Shown here piece after piece: positions 11,600 through 24,974 of a stretch of DNA of 64,000 nt; the stretch's first letter is position 1; each line of letters begins with the position of its first letter. Source of the DNA: Glycera tridactyla (lineage: Eukaryota); the NCBI GenBank assembly GCA_965644265.1, contig OZ286464.1:91388001-91452000 (forward strand), read 5' to 3'. The notes under the pieces are model-generated. The model saw only the letters and a program-made list of their open reading frames with translations. It had not been told where the DNA came from and made no database searches. The position numbers were made by a program, and so were the translations under genes.

Positions 11600-11760
11600 A
11601 TGGGATGGCGCGCTAGCTCATTTGCATACGGGTCGGCGCCGGGACTACTTTCACGACTAGTCACGTGATCAATCTGGCCAATCGGAAGGGGAGATTCGCG
11701 TAACGTGAATCCCCCCTCACAAGAGACCACGGCGGCAAGGCGGGCCGGAAGCAGCAGCTC
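11600..11760. promoter_or_regulatory. CpG-rich putative promoter upstream of the Crypton gene
   Basis: Octamer ATTTGCAT at 11620-11627, E-box TCACGTGA at 11661-11668 and CCAAT at 11678-11682, all 90-160 bp upstream of the reconstructed ATG at 11527. Function is inferred from motifs only. Confidence 0.4.
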
Positions 11761-12243
11761 CCCAACACGCTAGCCTCTCAATCGAATGATAATTCATCTG
11801 GACAACCTCCTGGTGGCAATAACGGCATGTGATGAAATTGTATTTTGAGGAGGTGCATTACCCTCTTATAGCACATTTTGACGTTAATGGGAATTAGAGG
11901 ACACAAAGACAAATTGAATGTGCCAGGGTGGCAATTAACATGCCATCCGTAGAATCGGTATGCCAGCCACGCCATTCCGCATTTCCAATACTGGTCACTA
12001 TTGGCAACCTCGAGACCGTTATAGGAGGTGAACATATATTGGAATCGAGTTCTGATTTTGAGGTGCTGTTCATGCAGACTGGTTTTTTCTCAATCTGTAT
12101 CTACTCTTTGATCAATTACAGAATCCGGCTGTGATTGATTTCATCCGTGGTTAACGATCCGCATGGGTAAGAAATAAGAGCGAGGCTTGTGTCGTGTAGA
12201 TTTTTGTCAGTGTTTCAACAGGAGCTGTAGGAGGATCACAGAT

Positions 12244-12415
12244 CCACTCTCGGCTTAGTTTTTATGACCTCGCATGGTGCCTACCTCCACTCTCGGCTTT
12301 GTTTTTATGACCTCGCATGGTGCCAACCTCCACTCTCGGCTTTGTTTTTATGACCTTGCATGGTACCAACCTCCACTCTCGGCTTCGTTTTTATGACCTC
12401 GCATGGTGCCAACCT
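12244..12415. repeat. Minisatellite, 43-bp unit x4
   Basis: CCACTCTCGGCTTTGTTTTTATGACCTCGCATGGTGCCAACCT restarts at 12244 and 12287. Confidence 0.95.
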
Positions 12416-12854
12416 TGACATCAGCTTCACTTCAGTATGTGTGCCTTTCATATCTTTTGAGAAAGCAATGTCAGCGCCATGAGCAGAAGCAAAAAGCGCT
12501 TACGTTAGATTTTAAATGAGATATTTTCTATTTCTTTCGTCATAATTGATGTACTCCCTCGTTCCAATTTCTGAGGTTTATCAAATCCTGTGAGCCTCTA
12601 GGTAGTTATATTGGTTAATATGTAATCAGTAGGCTCGGCACTTATTGTTGTGCAAGGTGTGTTTGAACTGTCGGCAACTCACCTCCGACAACCTTCCTGG
12701 ATCCTCATTATCTTGTGTCCATGGTTTGTGAGAGTGGTCCTGCAAGGTTATATTGATATGCCTAAGCAATGGACGTGGGTGGGATCACTCATGACTCCTC
12801 CATATCATAACACCCATACAATGACACTCCGAATTCCCGGCGGAAGGTGACCCA

Positions 12855-12955
12855 ACCATCCATCTATCCATAACCTTTCACCCATCCATCCCTCCAGTCA
12901 TCCGCCTATGCATCACTTCATCCATCTATCCATCAACACAATCATCAATCCATCT
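12855..12955. repeat. Degenerate (CCAT)n
   Basis: CCATCCATCTATCCAT... tract. Confidence 0.7.
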
Positions 12956-13955
12956 AAAAACTCAATCATTCACAGACTGGTCCAAATTCTGGGATAATCA
13001 TTGTCATTGAATGATGGCGACTTTTCTTGAAGAATCCTGAATCTTTGATTGCGGAACAAGGCGTAGTAGGCGCCGGAACGGTCAAGTGACATATTTTCTA
13101 GAAGTCATCGCCATCCATTCCGTCTTATCTTGTGGAAATTAGGTTTTTTCGTGTCCTCTTTATCGCTACTACGTGGACCTAATGAAATATCTGGGCAGAG
13201 CTGGCGTAATCGATATATCATCATAACATGATGGATCACGAACCAGCCCCACACCATACTTGATCAAAAGCCAGTTTTCATGTGATATAATGACACCCGA
13301 TTCGCTCTTCAATGCCCGTGATGTCATAAGTCATGCCAGTAGTGACGTCATCGGTGATCGGATACCCCATGTTGTTCTCAGGTTGAGTGCTGTTGTCGTT
13401 CTCTGTAAAGAGTTCGTAGCTAATTCAAGAGGGGTGTCTTGCTCGGAATTCATCAGCTTTCATTGTATAGGTTCATTGTATAAGTTCCCGCATCATGGAG
13501 AGAGTACCGGCCACTCTAATGAGCTGCTCTCTGAGGAGTTCAAAGAGATGTCGTCGCTAGGTGGACGTCGTTTGAAGGCTTCTTCAGTTGCCGGCAGGAC
13601 AAAGGTAGGCCGTCATGACGCAGTTGGTCATCTGGCAATAACAAAACATCACATGATTCTCAGGAAAGCGATATCGTTTCTCCAAGAGATGTACTACCTT
13701 CACTTCCCCGACAGGATTGAGTACCCAGTCATATAATATTTAATGAATGAGAAGGGGGCGATATCAATAAAATTCCCTTGTAAATCAGACCAGTAGGACC
13801 TGAGTAATATACATTCAAAAGAGAAGATCGAGTTGATAATCAGTGGAAAAGTTTAGGAAATATCCTATTTCCAACCTGCTCACAATCTATGATGAATGTT
13901 TCAAGAAGATGTTATAATGATATTCACAGTAGGAACTATTCATGTGAATCCTGTG

Positions 13956-14139
13956 NNNNNNNNNNNNNNNNNNNNNNNNNNNNNNNNNNNNNNNNNNNNN
14001 NNNNNNNNNNNNNNNNNNNNNNNNNNNNNNNNNNNNNNNNNNNNNNNNNNNNNNNNNNNNNNNNNNNNNNNNNNNNNNNNNNNNNNNNNNNNNNNNNNNN
14101 NNNNNNNNNNNNNNNNNNNNNNNNNNNNNNNNNNNNNNN
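13956..14139. other. Assembly gap (N run)
   Basis: Run of N. Confidence 1.
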
Positions 14140-14477
14140 GTGGCCACATCTCTGCGTGTTCAGTTGTATGTATATTTAGCCATTGATATGACTTGATTTT
14201 TTCAGGACGAGACTTAGAAATGGGGTGCTTCAGCCGACCATACGGACGGGGATAGTACCGTTGACATTGTACTGACAAGCACTCCATATGTACTTCTCCA
14301 TGGTCCCTGAAATCTCTTACATGACTAACACCCACATTGAAGTAATGAAGGCGAGCAATGCATAACCATTATCAGTGGACATATCATGGACCAAGATCAA
14401 GATCATGATCAGCAGCATCCATTACATCAGATCGCCTCATCATGAAGATGAGTGTCATACTGTCATTACCAGTAATG

Positions 14478-14484
<7 letters not shown>

Positions 14485-14509
<25 letters not shown>
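14485..14509. repeat. (TA)n microsatellite
   Basis: Pure TA run. Confidence 0.97.
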
Positions 14510-16365
14510 CGAAAAAGGATAGAAACTATCCAGACGTGGCAACGTCCTCCGTGATGTTCTACCGAGGTTTGAACAACGCGCGTCGTTCCAAGCCTTATAC
14601 GCAACACACTCTTCCCCATAGCAACGGCTTGGGCGTGACATCACAGCCTCATGGATCAAGGGGCCCAGTTGGGGGTTCATCAAACTGGGTTGGGGTTCTC
14701 CCTTGTCTGTGCTTGTGGGGCGAGCCGTTGTGGGGTCCTCGGTTTCGGGAAATTTTTCCCTCATCTGGAACATTCCACCACAGGTTGGGTTTGGGCGGAT
14801 CTGTGGTGGCACATCCGAGAACAGTGAGGCCGGGTGGTTGCATGGCCCCTGCTCTGGATGCGAGGTGGTGAGCTCTGACCAACTCCATCTGGTGGTGTTT
14901 CCGGTCGGATGCTGGTGGGAATGGGTTGTGGGTAGGTGGGGGGGGGGTTGTTTTCCGGAGTCGGCTGAGGGGATCCTGTGTGGTAGTATATTAGTCCCAG
15001 TAGGCCCACATGTGCGGTGCCTCGGCTCTGGCTCATAGGCCTGTGTGTTGCTTGGGCGTGATTCCCTTGTGGCTAGGGGATGGGGGGGGGCAGCTCAGGT
15101 CTGGTGAGAAAATCATATTTATATATATATTCTAGAGGTGGGTGTCTGATTAGGGATGTGAGGTATAACGGGCTTGGTCATGACGCAGATCAGCATCATA
15201 TCCGAGTGTGTCTTCATGACACGTTTGACATAGATCATATAGAGGTGGAGCTTGAGTTAGAGATGAATGGACTGATGCAGTAGGTGATACAGTGGTAGGT
15301 TGATAGGTGGATCGTCAAACATCCTCCCTGACCATATACTCATATACAACATGATAACACAGAACGGAAACCTTGATCATCGTTTTGTTGGATTCAGAAG
15401 ACATATGTCCAATTTCTCTATACAATAAACAGTATCCTATGTGGGATGGGAATAACATTTCTCCCCACTTCCTACCTTTTTAAAACAAAAACACTGAAAC
15501 GGCATGCATATTGGATAAATCTCATGAATGCTCATCTCGAGCATCCGCATTTCCACATATGAGAATATATTAAATTTCCACAAAAAGTAGTTCTGCCTCA
15601 TGATTATCAAGCTCTTTCATTGGGCATGCATGTGGCTCTACCACCGTCGTAGTTGGGCTGTCATTTAACTTGCAGGCCGGGCATGACAGTAGAAGCTTTC
15701 GTATTCAAATAACCATATTTTCCCTTAGTCGAAGTAGGTCGGGTAAATTACTAACACAACTTTTTTCGTGTAAAGAAAAGCAAGAATATATGGAGAAGGT
15801 GTGGAAGAGATCATGTGCGGGGGAGGGGGCTATATTGCTACATGCACGTATGAGAACTACTGCTCTCTATCGCAAACTCAGAAGTACTTCACTATAGCAC
15901 TCCACCGTTCATTGATCACACTCAGGGAGAGAATACAATCCCCTACGCTTGAAAATGAGCATTGCTCTCGAGTGATTCTCGAGTGATTCATATCTCGAAA
16001 CACCTGTGTGGTATGTCGTTTTGCCGAGTGATGACACCTGCTCCTGTGGATGGCTTACCATCGTGAATCATAAGTAGCTAACCTCTGCTGATGAATGAAA
16101 TATCGAATCCTGCTCGGCATATGCCACAGTTGGTCCTCGTGGCAGCTCACAATTTGACAGCATCTCTTATCTGCTGATGACGATGTCATACATTCAGTGA
16201 CATTCGTGAGGGCTGCATCTTCAGCACAATAAAATAACTGGTCACTCGACTGTTTGATTCGCTTCCGAGGATTCACTTGCTATTGAGGGCGGTATGCCCC
16301 CCATCTGAGGCGTAGGAGAAGGATGCCTGCAATACTAATGTATGTGTCTCCAACGAAGGTTTGAT

Positions 16366-17433
16366 TACATCTGGTTTTTCAGATGACATGCCTCTTCATC
16401 ACGTGTCCCTTATAGTGAAGAGTGGAGTACATCTGGTATCTCAGTTGACATGCCTCTTCTTCACCTGTCCCTTGTAGTGCAGAGTGGAGTACATCTGGTT
16501 TCTCAGATGACATGCCTCTTCATCACGTGTCCCTTATGGTGAAGAGTGGAGAACATCTGGTTTCTCAGATGACAGGCCTCTTCATCACCTGTCCCTTATA
16601 GTGAAGAGTGGAGTACATCTGGTATCTCAGTTGACATGCCTCTTCTTCACCTGTCCCTTGTAGTGCAGAGTGGAGTACATCTGGTTTCTCAGATGACATG
16701 CCTCTTCATCTCGTGTCCCTTATAGTGAAGAGTGGAGTACATCTGGTTTCGCAGATGACAGGCCTCTTCATCACCTGTCCCTTGTAGTGAAGAGTGGAGT
16801 ACATCTGGTATCTCAGTTGACATGCCTCTTCTTCACCTGTCCCTTGTAGTGCAGAGTGGAGTACATCTGGTTTCTCAGATGACATGCCTCTTCATCACGT
16901 GTCCCTTATAGTGAAGAGTGGAGTACATCTGGTTTCTCAGATGACAGGCCTCTTCATCACCTGTCCCTTGTAGTGAAGAGTGGAGTACATCTGGTTTCTC
17001 AGATGACAGGCCTCTTCATCACCTGTCCCTTGTAGTAAAGAGTTGAGTACATCTGGTTTCTCAGATGACAGGCCTCTTCATCACCTGTCCCTTGTAGTAA
17101 AGAGTGGAGTACATCTGGTTTCTCAGATGACATGCCTTTTCATCACCTGTTCCTTGTGGTAAAGAGTGTAGTACATCTGGTTTCTCAGATGACATGCCTT
17201 TTCATCACCTGTTCCTTGTGGTAAAGAGTGTAGTACATCTGGTTTCTCAGATGACAGGCCTCTTCATCACCTGTCCCTTGTGGTAAAGAGTGTAGTACAT
17301 CTGGTTTCTCAGATGACATGCCTCTTCATCACCTGTCCCTTGTAGTGAAGAGTGAGGTACATCTGGTTTCTCAAATGACAGGCCCCCTCATCACCTGTCC
17401 TCTGTAGTAAAGAGTGTAGTACATCTGGTTTCT
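16366..17433. repeat. Minisatellite, 62-bp unit x about 17
   Basis: TACATCTGGTTTCTCAGATGACATGCCTCTTCATCACGTGTCCCTTATAGTGAAGAGTGGAG restarts at 16366 and 16428. Confidence 0.98.
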
Positions 17434-19514
17434 TAAATCTTGTCACTTCTCATCCCATGCTTCTTGTACTAAAAAATGAAATGCATCTGCTTTTCCAGGT
17501 AATATACATCTTTCACGTGATTGTTGTGATCAAGAAAAGAGTGCAGCAGTGTTTCTCAGTTAATAATCTTGTTCTTCATTTGTTTCTTGTGCTGAAGCAT
17601 GTTTCCCTATATTGTATCCTTTTTTTCATGTATATGTCTCTCACACGATACAGGTGCTGAAACCGGGCGTTCTGAGATAATTCGTCTTTTTAATCGAGTA
17701 ATTTCGTCGCAATAAGCCTATAGTTTTACCTGAGTGAAGAAAACTAGACTAGGGACGGCACAATCGTCTCCCTCTCACTGAATTCAGACCTGTTGTCTTG
17801 TGCGTGCATGCTTTTATCCGTATGTGTGTAAGCAGTCCATGACTCTAGGTCGAATCCCTCACATGATCACGCATCCCACGACCAGCCGCGAGCGACAGCT
17901 GCCCTTACAATCCCGAATCAGCCTTTCCACATGGCTCCCACTGAATGTACCTGAGTAATCAAGTCAAGCGCGTGAGAAGATAGCGAGACATTCAGCAATG
18001 AAAGGATCTACCAGCGAACCGCGCTATATTAGTTGCGGGGGTTGGAAGGTGGAATGTAATTCAGCGGTAAACACGCGGTTCTGTAATAGCTATTGAAAAC
18101 CAATATGGTTCAATCTGAAAGAGGAAGAAAGTCGATATCCTGAGTGCTGGGGGTGTTACGGTAATAGTTATTTCTAGATGTCATCATGACGATAGTAATG
18201 GAAATGACTGACTGTGTTATCCCTGAACCTGTACCATTTATACCGCAACTATTACTCAACAACTCGACTGCCATCAGCAATGAACAGCCAGTGGGTTACA
18301 TGAGCGTCGTACCATGAGCCGCACTATTTATTGTGGAGCAGCTAATGCCAACTCGAGACAATCCTGTTATGACATCATTATTCAAGGTCACGTGCCAATT
18401 GGCAGAGTTGCGTGTCTGAGCCACAAACTGGTCACGTCGCTGACACAGAATCGAGAGACAATGGCTTGGTTGATATACATTCGCCCATTTCACTATCAAG
18501 AAGTAGTTCCTTGCAATCAGCAAGTGGCTCATATATATCACAGGCCACACCAGATGTCACTGGGCGCCGACGATGGCGACGGTACGTGATTGTGACGTCA
18601 TGAGCGGCGGTTGTACACAAATCAGTCATTCCAAGTCTAACTGTCATCATCCGATGTTGAGTCTATCTTGTTGGTAAGCCTCGTCTTCCCGTATACCACG
18701 GCGCTTGGCAGTAATTTGAGGCTGTATCAGCTCCGAGCTGGTATTTTCAATTTTTGCACTTACGTCATGTGATGTTTGTACGCCAACGTTGATGGTCATA
18801 TAACAATCTAGTTCGAAGGTCAATCGGCAACGTCGCACGTTCGATTTTGGTAGCGTCACGGCAATAGTTAGCAAAGATATCTCTATAAAAATCACTGGAA
18901 CTCAGCAACCAGTGGTCCGATTTTCACAAACTAAACAAGTAATTGTAAGTAATGCATAATTCTATCCATTTATCGGATGATAAATCAAGAATTCCCGTCA
19001 CTCGTGTCAGCCCCGGGACACGCTACTCGGCTGGTGATTTCTGTCAGCACCAGGCACGAGGGGGACTCTTCATAATGACGGATCTCAGACGTGCCTTGCC
19101 ACCATCCTCTACGGTATATCACAAAGTGGACCTGAAAATTATCCGCAGAATGAAAATAGAGGCGTGGGGTCCAATCCGAGATGACTACCCATCTTGATGA
19201 AGAAGTGATGGATTGAGACGGATGAGATCGGTAGTCCAGTATCCTAGCTATGTATCCATCAAAGTTTTCTGCGGTTCTGGTGATATTGATCAGAAGATAA
19301 AAAGGCTTATCTGGTGTGAACATCAGATTGGACTCTCCTCCATCACATCAACATCACTTCTAATGAGAGAGAATCAAGGTAACTTTCGTATCAGTCAGTT
19401 GAGTAGGTCAGGGATGCAGATAACTTTTCTAAATTGAAATCGAGGTAGTTCGCATCGAATTGAATTGAAATGGATCTCAACGCGCCATTTGAGACCTAAT
19501 AGGAGAATACTCAA

Positions 19515-20500
19515 ATGACCACACCAATAACTGCACTGATAAAAACACCATCGACCACACCCATGACCACAACTATGACCAGACCCACGAAAACATTAAT
19601 GACTTCTCCGAGGCCCTCACTCATGATCTACCCAATGACCACACCCATGACAACAACTATGACCACACCCACGAAAACATTAATGACCTCTCCGAGGCCC
19701 ACACCAATGATCCACCCCATGACCACACCCATGACAACAACTATGACCACACCCACGAAAACATTAATGACCTCTCCGAGGCCCACACCCATGATCTACC
19801 CCATGACCACACCCATGACCACAACTATGACCACACCCACGAAAACATGAATGACCTCTCCGAGGCCCACACCAATGATCTACCCCATGACCACACCCAT
19901 GACCACAACTATGACCACACCCACGAAAAGATTAATGACCTCTCCGAGGCCCACACCCATGATCTACCCCATGACCACACCCATGACCACAACTATGACC
20001 ACATCCACGAAAACATTAATGACCTCTCCGAGGCCCACACCCATGATCTACCCCATGACCACACCCATGACCATAACTATGACATCCACGAAAACATTAA
20101 TGACCTCTCCGAGGCCCACACCCATGATCACACAAATAGCCACACAGTGAAAATCACACCAATGTATACACCCATGACCACACTCAGGATCATCATCATT
20201 ACCACCCAATGATCGCCCCCATGACAACACCCATTATCCACCCGATGACCACACCCATGACCACACCCATGATAATCCTCATTACCATGCTCATGATCAC
20301 CCCCATGACCACACCAATGATCTACCCCATGACCACACCCATGATTATCCTCATTACCACGCTCATCATCACCCCCATGACCACACCAATGACCTACCCA
20401 TGGCCACATCCAAGACCACACCCATGACCACATCCATGATCACACCAATGACCTCAAAAATGACCACACCAATGCCCACACCCGGACCAACACCCATGAT
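19515..20500. repeat. C/A-rich tandem repeat: 84-bp unit (about 7 copies, 19553-20127) built from CATGACCACACC 12-mers, decaying into 12-mer repeats
   Basis: Period 84 (TAATGACC at 19681 and 19765). Translates as TPMIYPMTTPMTTTMTTPTKTLMTSPRP or HTHDLPHDHTHDHNYDHTHENINDLSEA depending on frame. Confidence 0.95.
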
Positions 20501-20619
20501 CGCATCATGGGGCATCTCAATATAGTATAGATGGTGCTCCCGTGGCACGAAACATAACCGAGCACCCACTCATACGGGGCTTCTGAGGTCGAAGTTTGGA
20601 GGCGGTTCGGATAAAGAGG

Positions 20620-21411
20620 GTTCTGGGTGGCTATACAGCTGAGATGTAGCCCATTGCATATAGATGGTATGCTCACAACCCCCTCCCTCCTTACAATGTA
20701 GTTCTGGATGGCTATACAGCTGAGATGTAGCCCATCGCATATAGATGGTATGCACACATCCCCACCTCTTCACGATGTAGTTCTGGATGGCTATACAGCT
20801 GAGATGTAGCCCATCGCATATAGATGGTATACACACATCCCCACCTCCTTACAATGTAGTTCTGGATGGCTATACAGCTGAGATGTAGTCCATTGCATAT
20901 AGATGGTATACACACATTCCCACCTCCTTACGATGTAGTTCGGGATGGCTATACAGCTAAGATGTAGTCCAATACATATAGATGGTATACACACATCCCC
21001 ACCTCCTTACGATGTAGTTCTGGATGGCTATACAGCTGAAATGTAGTCCATTGCATATAGATGGTATACACACATCCCCACCTCCTTACGATGTAGTTCT
21101 GGATGGCTATACAGCTGAGATGTAGTCCATCGCATATAGATGGTATACACACATCCCCACCTCCTTACGATGTAGTTCTGGATGGCTATACAGCTGAGAT
21201 GTAGTCCATTGCATATAGATGGTATACACCCATCCCCACCTCCTTACGATGTAGTTCTGGATGGCTGTACAACTGAGATGTAGTCCATCGCATATAGATG
21301 GTATACACACATCCCCTCCTTCTTACGATGTAGTTTGGATGGCTATACAGCTGATATGTAGCCCATTGCATATAGATTGTATGCACACATCCTCACCACC
21401 TTACGATGTAG
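20620..21411. repeat. Minisatellite, 79-bp unit x10
   Basis: GTTCTGGATGGCTATACAGCTGAGATGTAG... restarts at 20701 and 20780. Confidence 0.97.
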
Positions 21412-22410
21412 ATTCGCATATCCCACAAGTATAGCAGAGGTCTGGTTCTCCCGATTCAATTGCGATTTAAACAAGAGCTCCAAGGCGCATACTGGATAAT
21501 GCACTGCCTGTGATTGTCGAAACCCACCCCACGGATGCGACGAAGAGTAGATGAATGTAAAATTACATGCCCAGCCACTTGTTTACCAAACCACAAGCAT
21601 CCATCTCTCTATCCCATGATATGGCGCAATTGTTTCAAGGGATATACTGACCTTGGGCACATCAATGTTGAAGCCATTCGCACCTCACCATGGATATCAC
21701 TGGCTACATTCACTAAACTAAAGCAAGCCCAGAATGAACATGTCATTCTCGTGTTATAGAAAGAGGAATACATGCAGCCTGGTAGGACTAGATTACATTC
21801 CACTTGATAATGCTTATTATAAGACAGCCATTGTGTAGATTTGAGAGGACATTATTGAAAAAGCAGCTACACCATTCCAAGTAGCCTTGCTGGTCTGTAT
21901 TCAGCGCCAATACGAGTTGATGGGTGGGCTCAACTGCTTGGATTGCCCACTTGCTCCATTTCCCCGATATATATCATTATTTCACACATCACAACAGAAG
22001 TAGATACCATGAAATTGGTTTCCGATGAATGACATATTCATGACAGTGCTCGCACGTTTGGGCATCTGCTTAGAGCAAAGGCGACGATGATGCAAGCAAA
22101 ATCTCCAACAACCTCGTTCACTTGAAAGTCTGTCGCCAATCTGCCGGGGATTAATGTGGAGGAATTCGTCACGAATACTGCTCCCGGTAGCCTTAGTGTA
22201 AAGGCAGCATAAGGAGTTAGAGGTTCGTCGGAACTGTCAGTTACGACCACCTTTCTGGCCCTCGATCATCTTGTGTTGATGGTTTGTGAGATTAATTTAA
22301 TTTGATCTGTTTGAGGCAAGATATTGGGGAATCTGAAAGGTTTTCAAGTGAATGCAGGGTTTGTGAGAGTGACGTCGGCAGGGGAGAGAACATCAAACCT
22401 CCATTCGCTA

Positions 22411-23810
22411 GGATTCAAAAAGGATTCGAAATGTTTATTGACAAAGATGAGACAACAAATTCCCTCATTTGCATCAAATCAGAAGAGTTACAACACATAC
22501 AGTTACAGTAACATAAATCCCAATACTCACGTAATAGTAAATACAGTGCGTAAATAAAGTACAATAGTAGATTACAGCAGTAGGTATTGTCAGTATTGCA
22601 AAGATGTTATGTTGCATTTAAGCAGTTTCAGGACAATTGAGTGGTAAGCGGGCACCCGTTTGCGCCACGCTATGCAAAAGGAGTCTGGGAAGGGACTGTA
22701 TTCACCGAATGCCAGGTCAATATGCAGTGACACAACTTGGTACAGTGATACTATGAAATAGCAACAATTATCAATACAGTACATTAGAGATTGTTTCCAA
22801 ACACATGTATGGGCTGCCGCATGTCTGCTAGGCATCTCTTAAATGCAGGCAGGCGGTTTGTATCTCGTATTATCGAAAGTATGCAATTATACACACGGGC
22901 ACCCCTGACACATAACCTCCAGTCCCCTAGAACAAGATAAGAACGCCTCACAGCCAGTGCACCTGAGATTTGACTCCTGGTGAGTGAGCCATCTGCAGTT
23001 GCTCTTCTTTCAAAGAAGTTATTTAAAGGCGGAGGGGCAAGGTCATGAATACACTTGTGAACAAAAATTGCTACATGATCATCTCTTCTCTCAGAAAGGG
23101 TACAGATACAAAGTCTGCGATGCATATTATTCATAGGGGTGAGGGGTTCAGCTCGCAGCACTGTACGGCAGGCTGCATTTTGGAGCTTCTGTAGACGGTT
23201 CTGGTAGTTCACACCAGTGCTCACATATGCAACATCGCAATAGTCAATAACAGGTACTACTAGGGACTTGTACAACATCAGAGCTGTCTGTTGTTCAATA
23301 CAACCCCGGGCCTTGGAAATTATAGACAGTTTGTTCGTACAGCTTGTGGCCTTGTATAAAATGTGTTTGTCAAAGCTGAGTCGTGGCTCGAGATAAACCC
23401 CCAGATATTTGAATGTGTCAACTCTTTCAATGATTGCTCCTCTCATAACCATGTTCATGTTGTGATACCTTGCCAGATTCTGTGACGTGCCAAAAATCAT
23501 CCATTTAGTTTTCTTGACACTTAGTGTCAATTTACTAGCGTGTAGCCATGACTCAGCTTCGATGACAGCAAGCTGCAGATCCAGTTCAAGTGGGTCGGGG
23601 CTGTTACTGGATGTGTATAGGAAGGTGTCGTCGGCATACATTCGGACTTTGCAGTTGGAGATGCTGTCAGGTAAATTATTGATGAAAACGACAAATAGTA
23701 GGGGTCCTAAAATGGTCTCCTGTGGAACGCCACATTTGATGGTCTGCTCACTGGAAAATACGCCCCTTACTCCACATAGTTGCACTCGTCCACATAATAT
23801 TTGAACCAAC
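22411..23810 (-). mobile_element. 5'-truncated non-LTR retrotransposon (CR1/L2 group, e.g. L2/Crack/Daphne-like)
   Basis: RT C-terminal ORF followed by about 350 bp of 3' UTR, AATAAA (minus strand, 22434-22439) and a short TTCGAATCC/TTTTTGAATCC tail ending at 22411. No TSD seen. Confidence 0.85.
22784..23809 (-). pseudogene. LINE ORF2 reverse transcriptase, C-terminal about 340 codons (lacks endonuclease and N-terminal RT motifs)
   Basis: Motifs GVPQETILGPLLF (canonical GVPQGS.LGP.LF), MYADDT, KTKWMIF, FKYLGV, LYKSLVVPVIDYCD and RLQKLQN. Reading frame has no stops. Confidence 0.95.
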
Positions 23811-24974
23811 TTATCATCACATCAGCGACCCATACTTACCAAGCTTATAGAGGAGTGTCTCATGAACACACATCATACATAATGTTATAGGTTGATACAT
23901 GTCATTAAACATAAAACAAACGAGCATACGAACGGAAAAATTACCACCAAATTCGGACCGATTAAAGTCACTATTGGGTTTCGGTCGGCCTACTTTACGA
24001 AAGGGAGCTTCATCGATTTGCGCGGGAAAACGACTGCTATATCGTATTCACGCGCCGATGGCGCCAGGAATTTAGATTGGCTCGTACATCAGAAGTATTA
24101 TCCAGAGCAAGATAGGCGATATAGTGTAGAGGTGCATCGCGGCAGACTGGGAATGCACCCGCATGAGTGTTTTAACAGTGGTCTGAGAGTGACTGTCAAT
24201 GAGTGCAGATAATGAATGCAGGCTTGGTAGAGTGCATTGAAGCCTGCAGTGGAGGCAGTGAAATAATTTTATCCCGACAAGGGAGTTTTGCGAGAAGTTT
24301 TGAAAGATATTTTCACTTTCTGATATATCGTTTAACCGCGGATGTGTTTCCGTTGATGGGACTCAGTGAAGGGGGCAGAGGAGCGAAGTCAAAAAGTACG
24401 TTTTTGCCTTTCAAAGTCGTCATCCGTACATAGTTTTCGGCATGATTGGATTTTAAAGGACAGAGTTGGACTACTGAGCAGATAAAACATAGTTTGTTCG
24501 CTTTTGAAATGAATTCACTTCGATTTATCGTTAGTCACATCCATACACTGAGTCTGTCGATGGTTTTTTTTTCGGGATATTGTGTGAAACTCGAATGTTA
24601 GAAGTAACATATATTTCACATGGTTTCATGCCTGTTCTTGGTGTTCAATCAGTCCCTAGGGGAGTTGGCGCTATTGAGGTTTAGCGTACCAGCGGGTCGA
24701 CCAGATCAACTAATAGAGAAAAACAACTATTGTATAGGCAGTGAGAAGATATATCATATGGCACAACATTAGGAATCAGCTCAGTGAGAAGTTATATACG
24801 ATCCTCAACAAATACCTGCAATGACGCGAGATGTACTGAGGAAACTGCATGAAACGGATATGTTCGGCGCGCTGTGGTGAAACATACAAGTGAACCTCAT
24901 TGAGATCACATTTCGAGTCGCTGGAGATCTCAACACGACATATCATTGCGTTTCGTTTCGATCGGATCTCGACT

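Larger units (their letters stand above)
9025..11770 (-). mobile_element. Crypton-type (tyrosine recombinase) DNA transposon, decayed copy; outer boundaries approximate
   Basis: Contains a YR/DUF3504 pseudogene (9654-11527) and an AATAAA on the minus strand at 9508-9513. CpG-rich non-coding segments flank it on both sides. Termini are not resolved. Confidence 0.7.

Noticed and set aside
13260-13736. 158-aa + strand ORF
   Set aside because: No recognisable domain, and the opposite strand has only stop-interrupted frames. There is no support as a gene.
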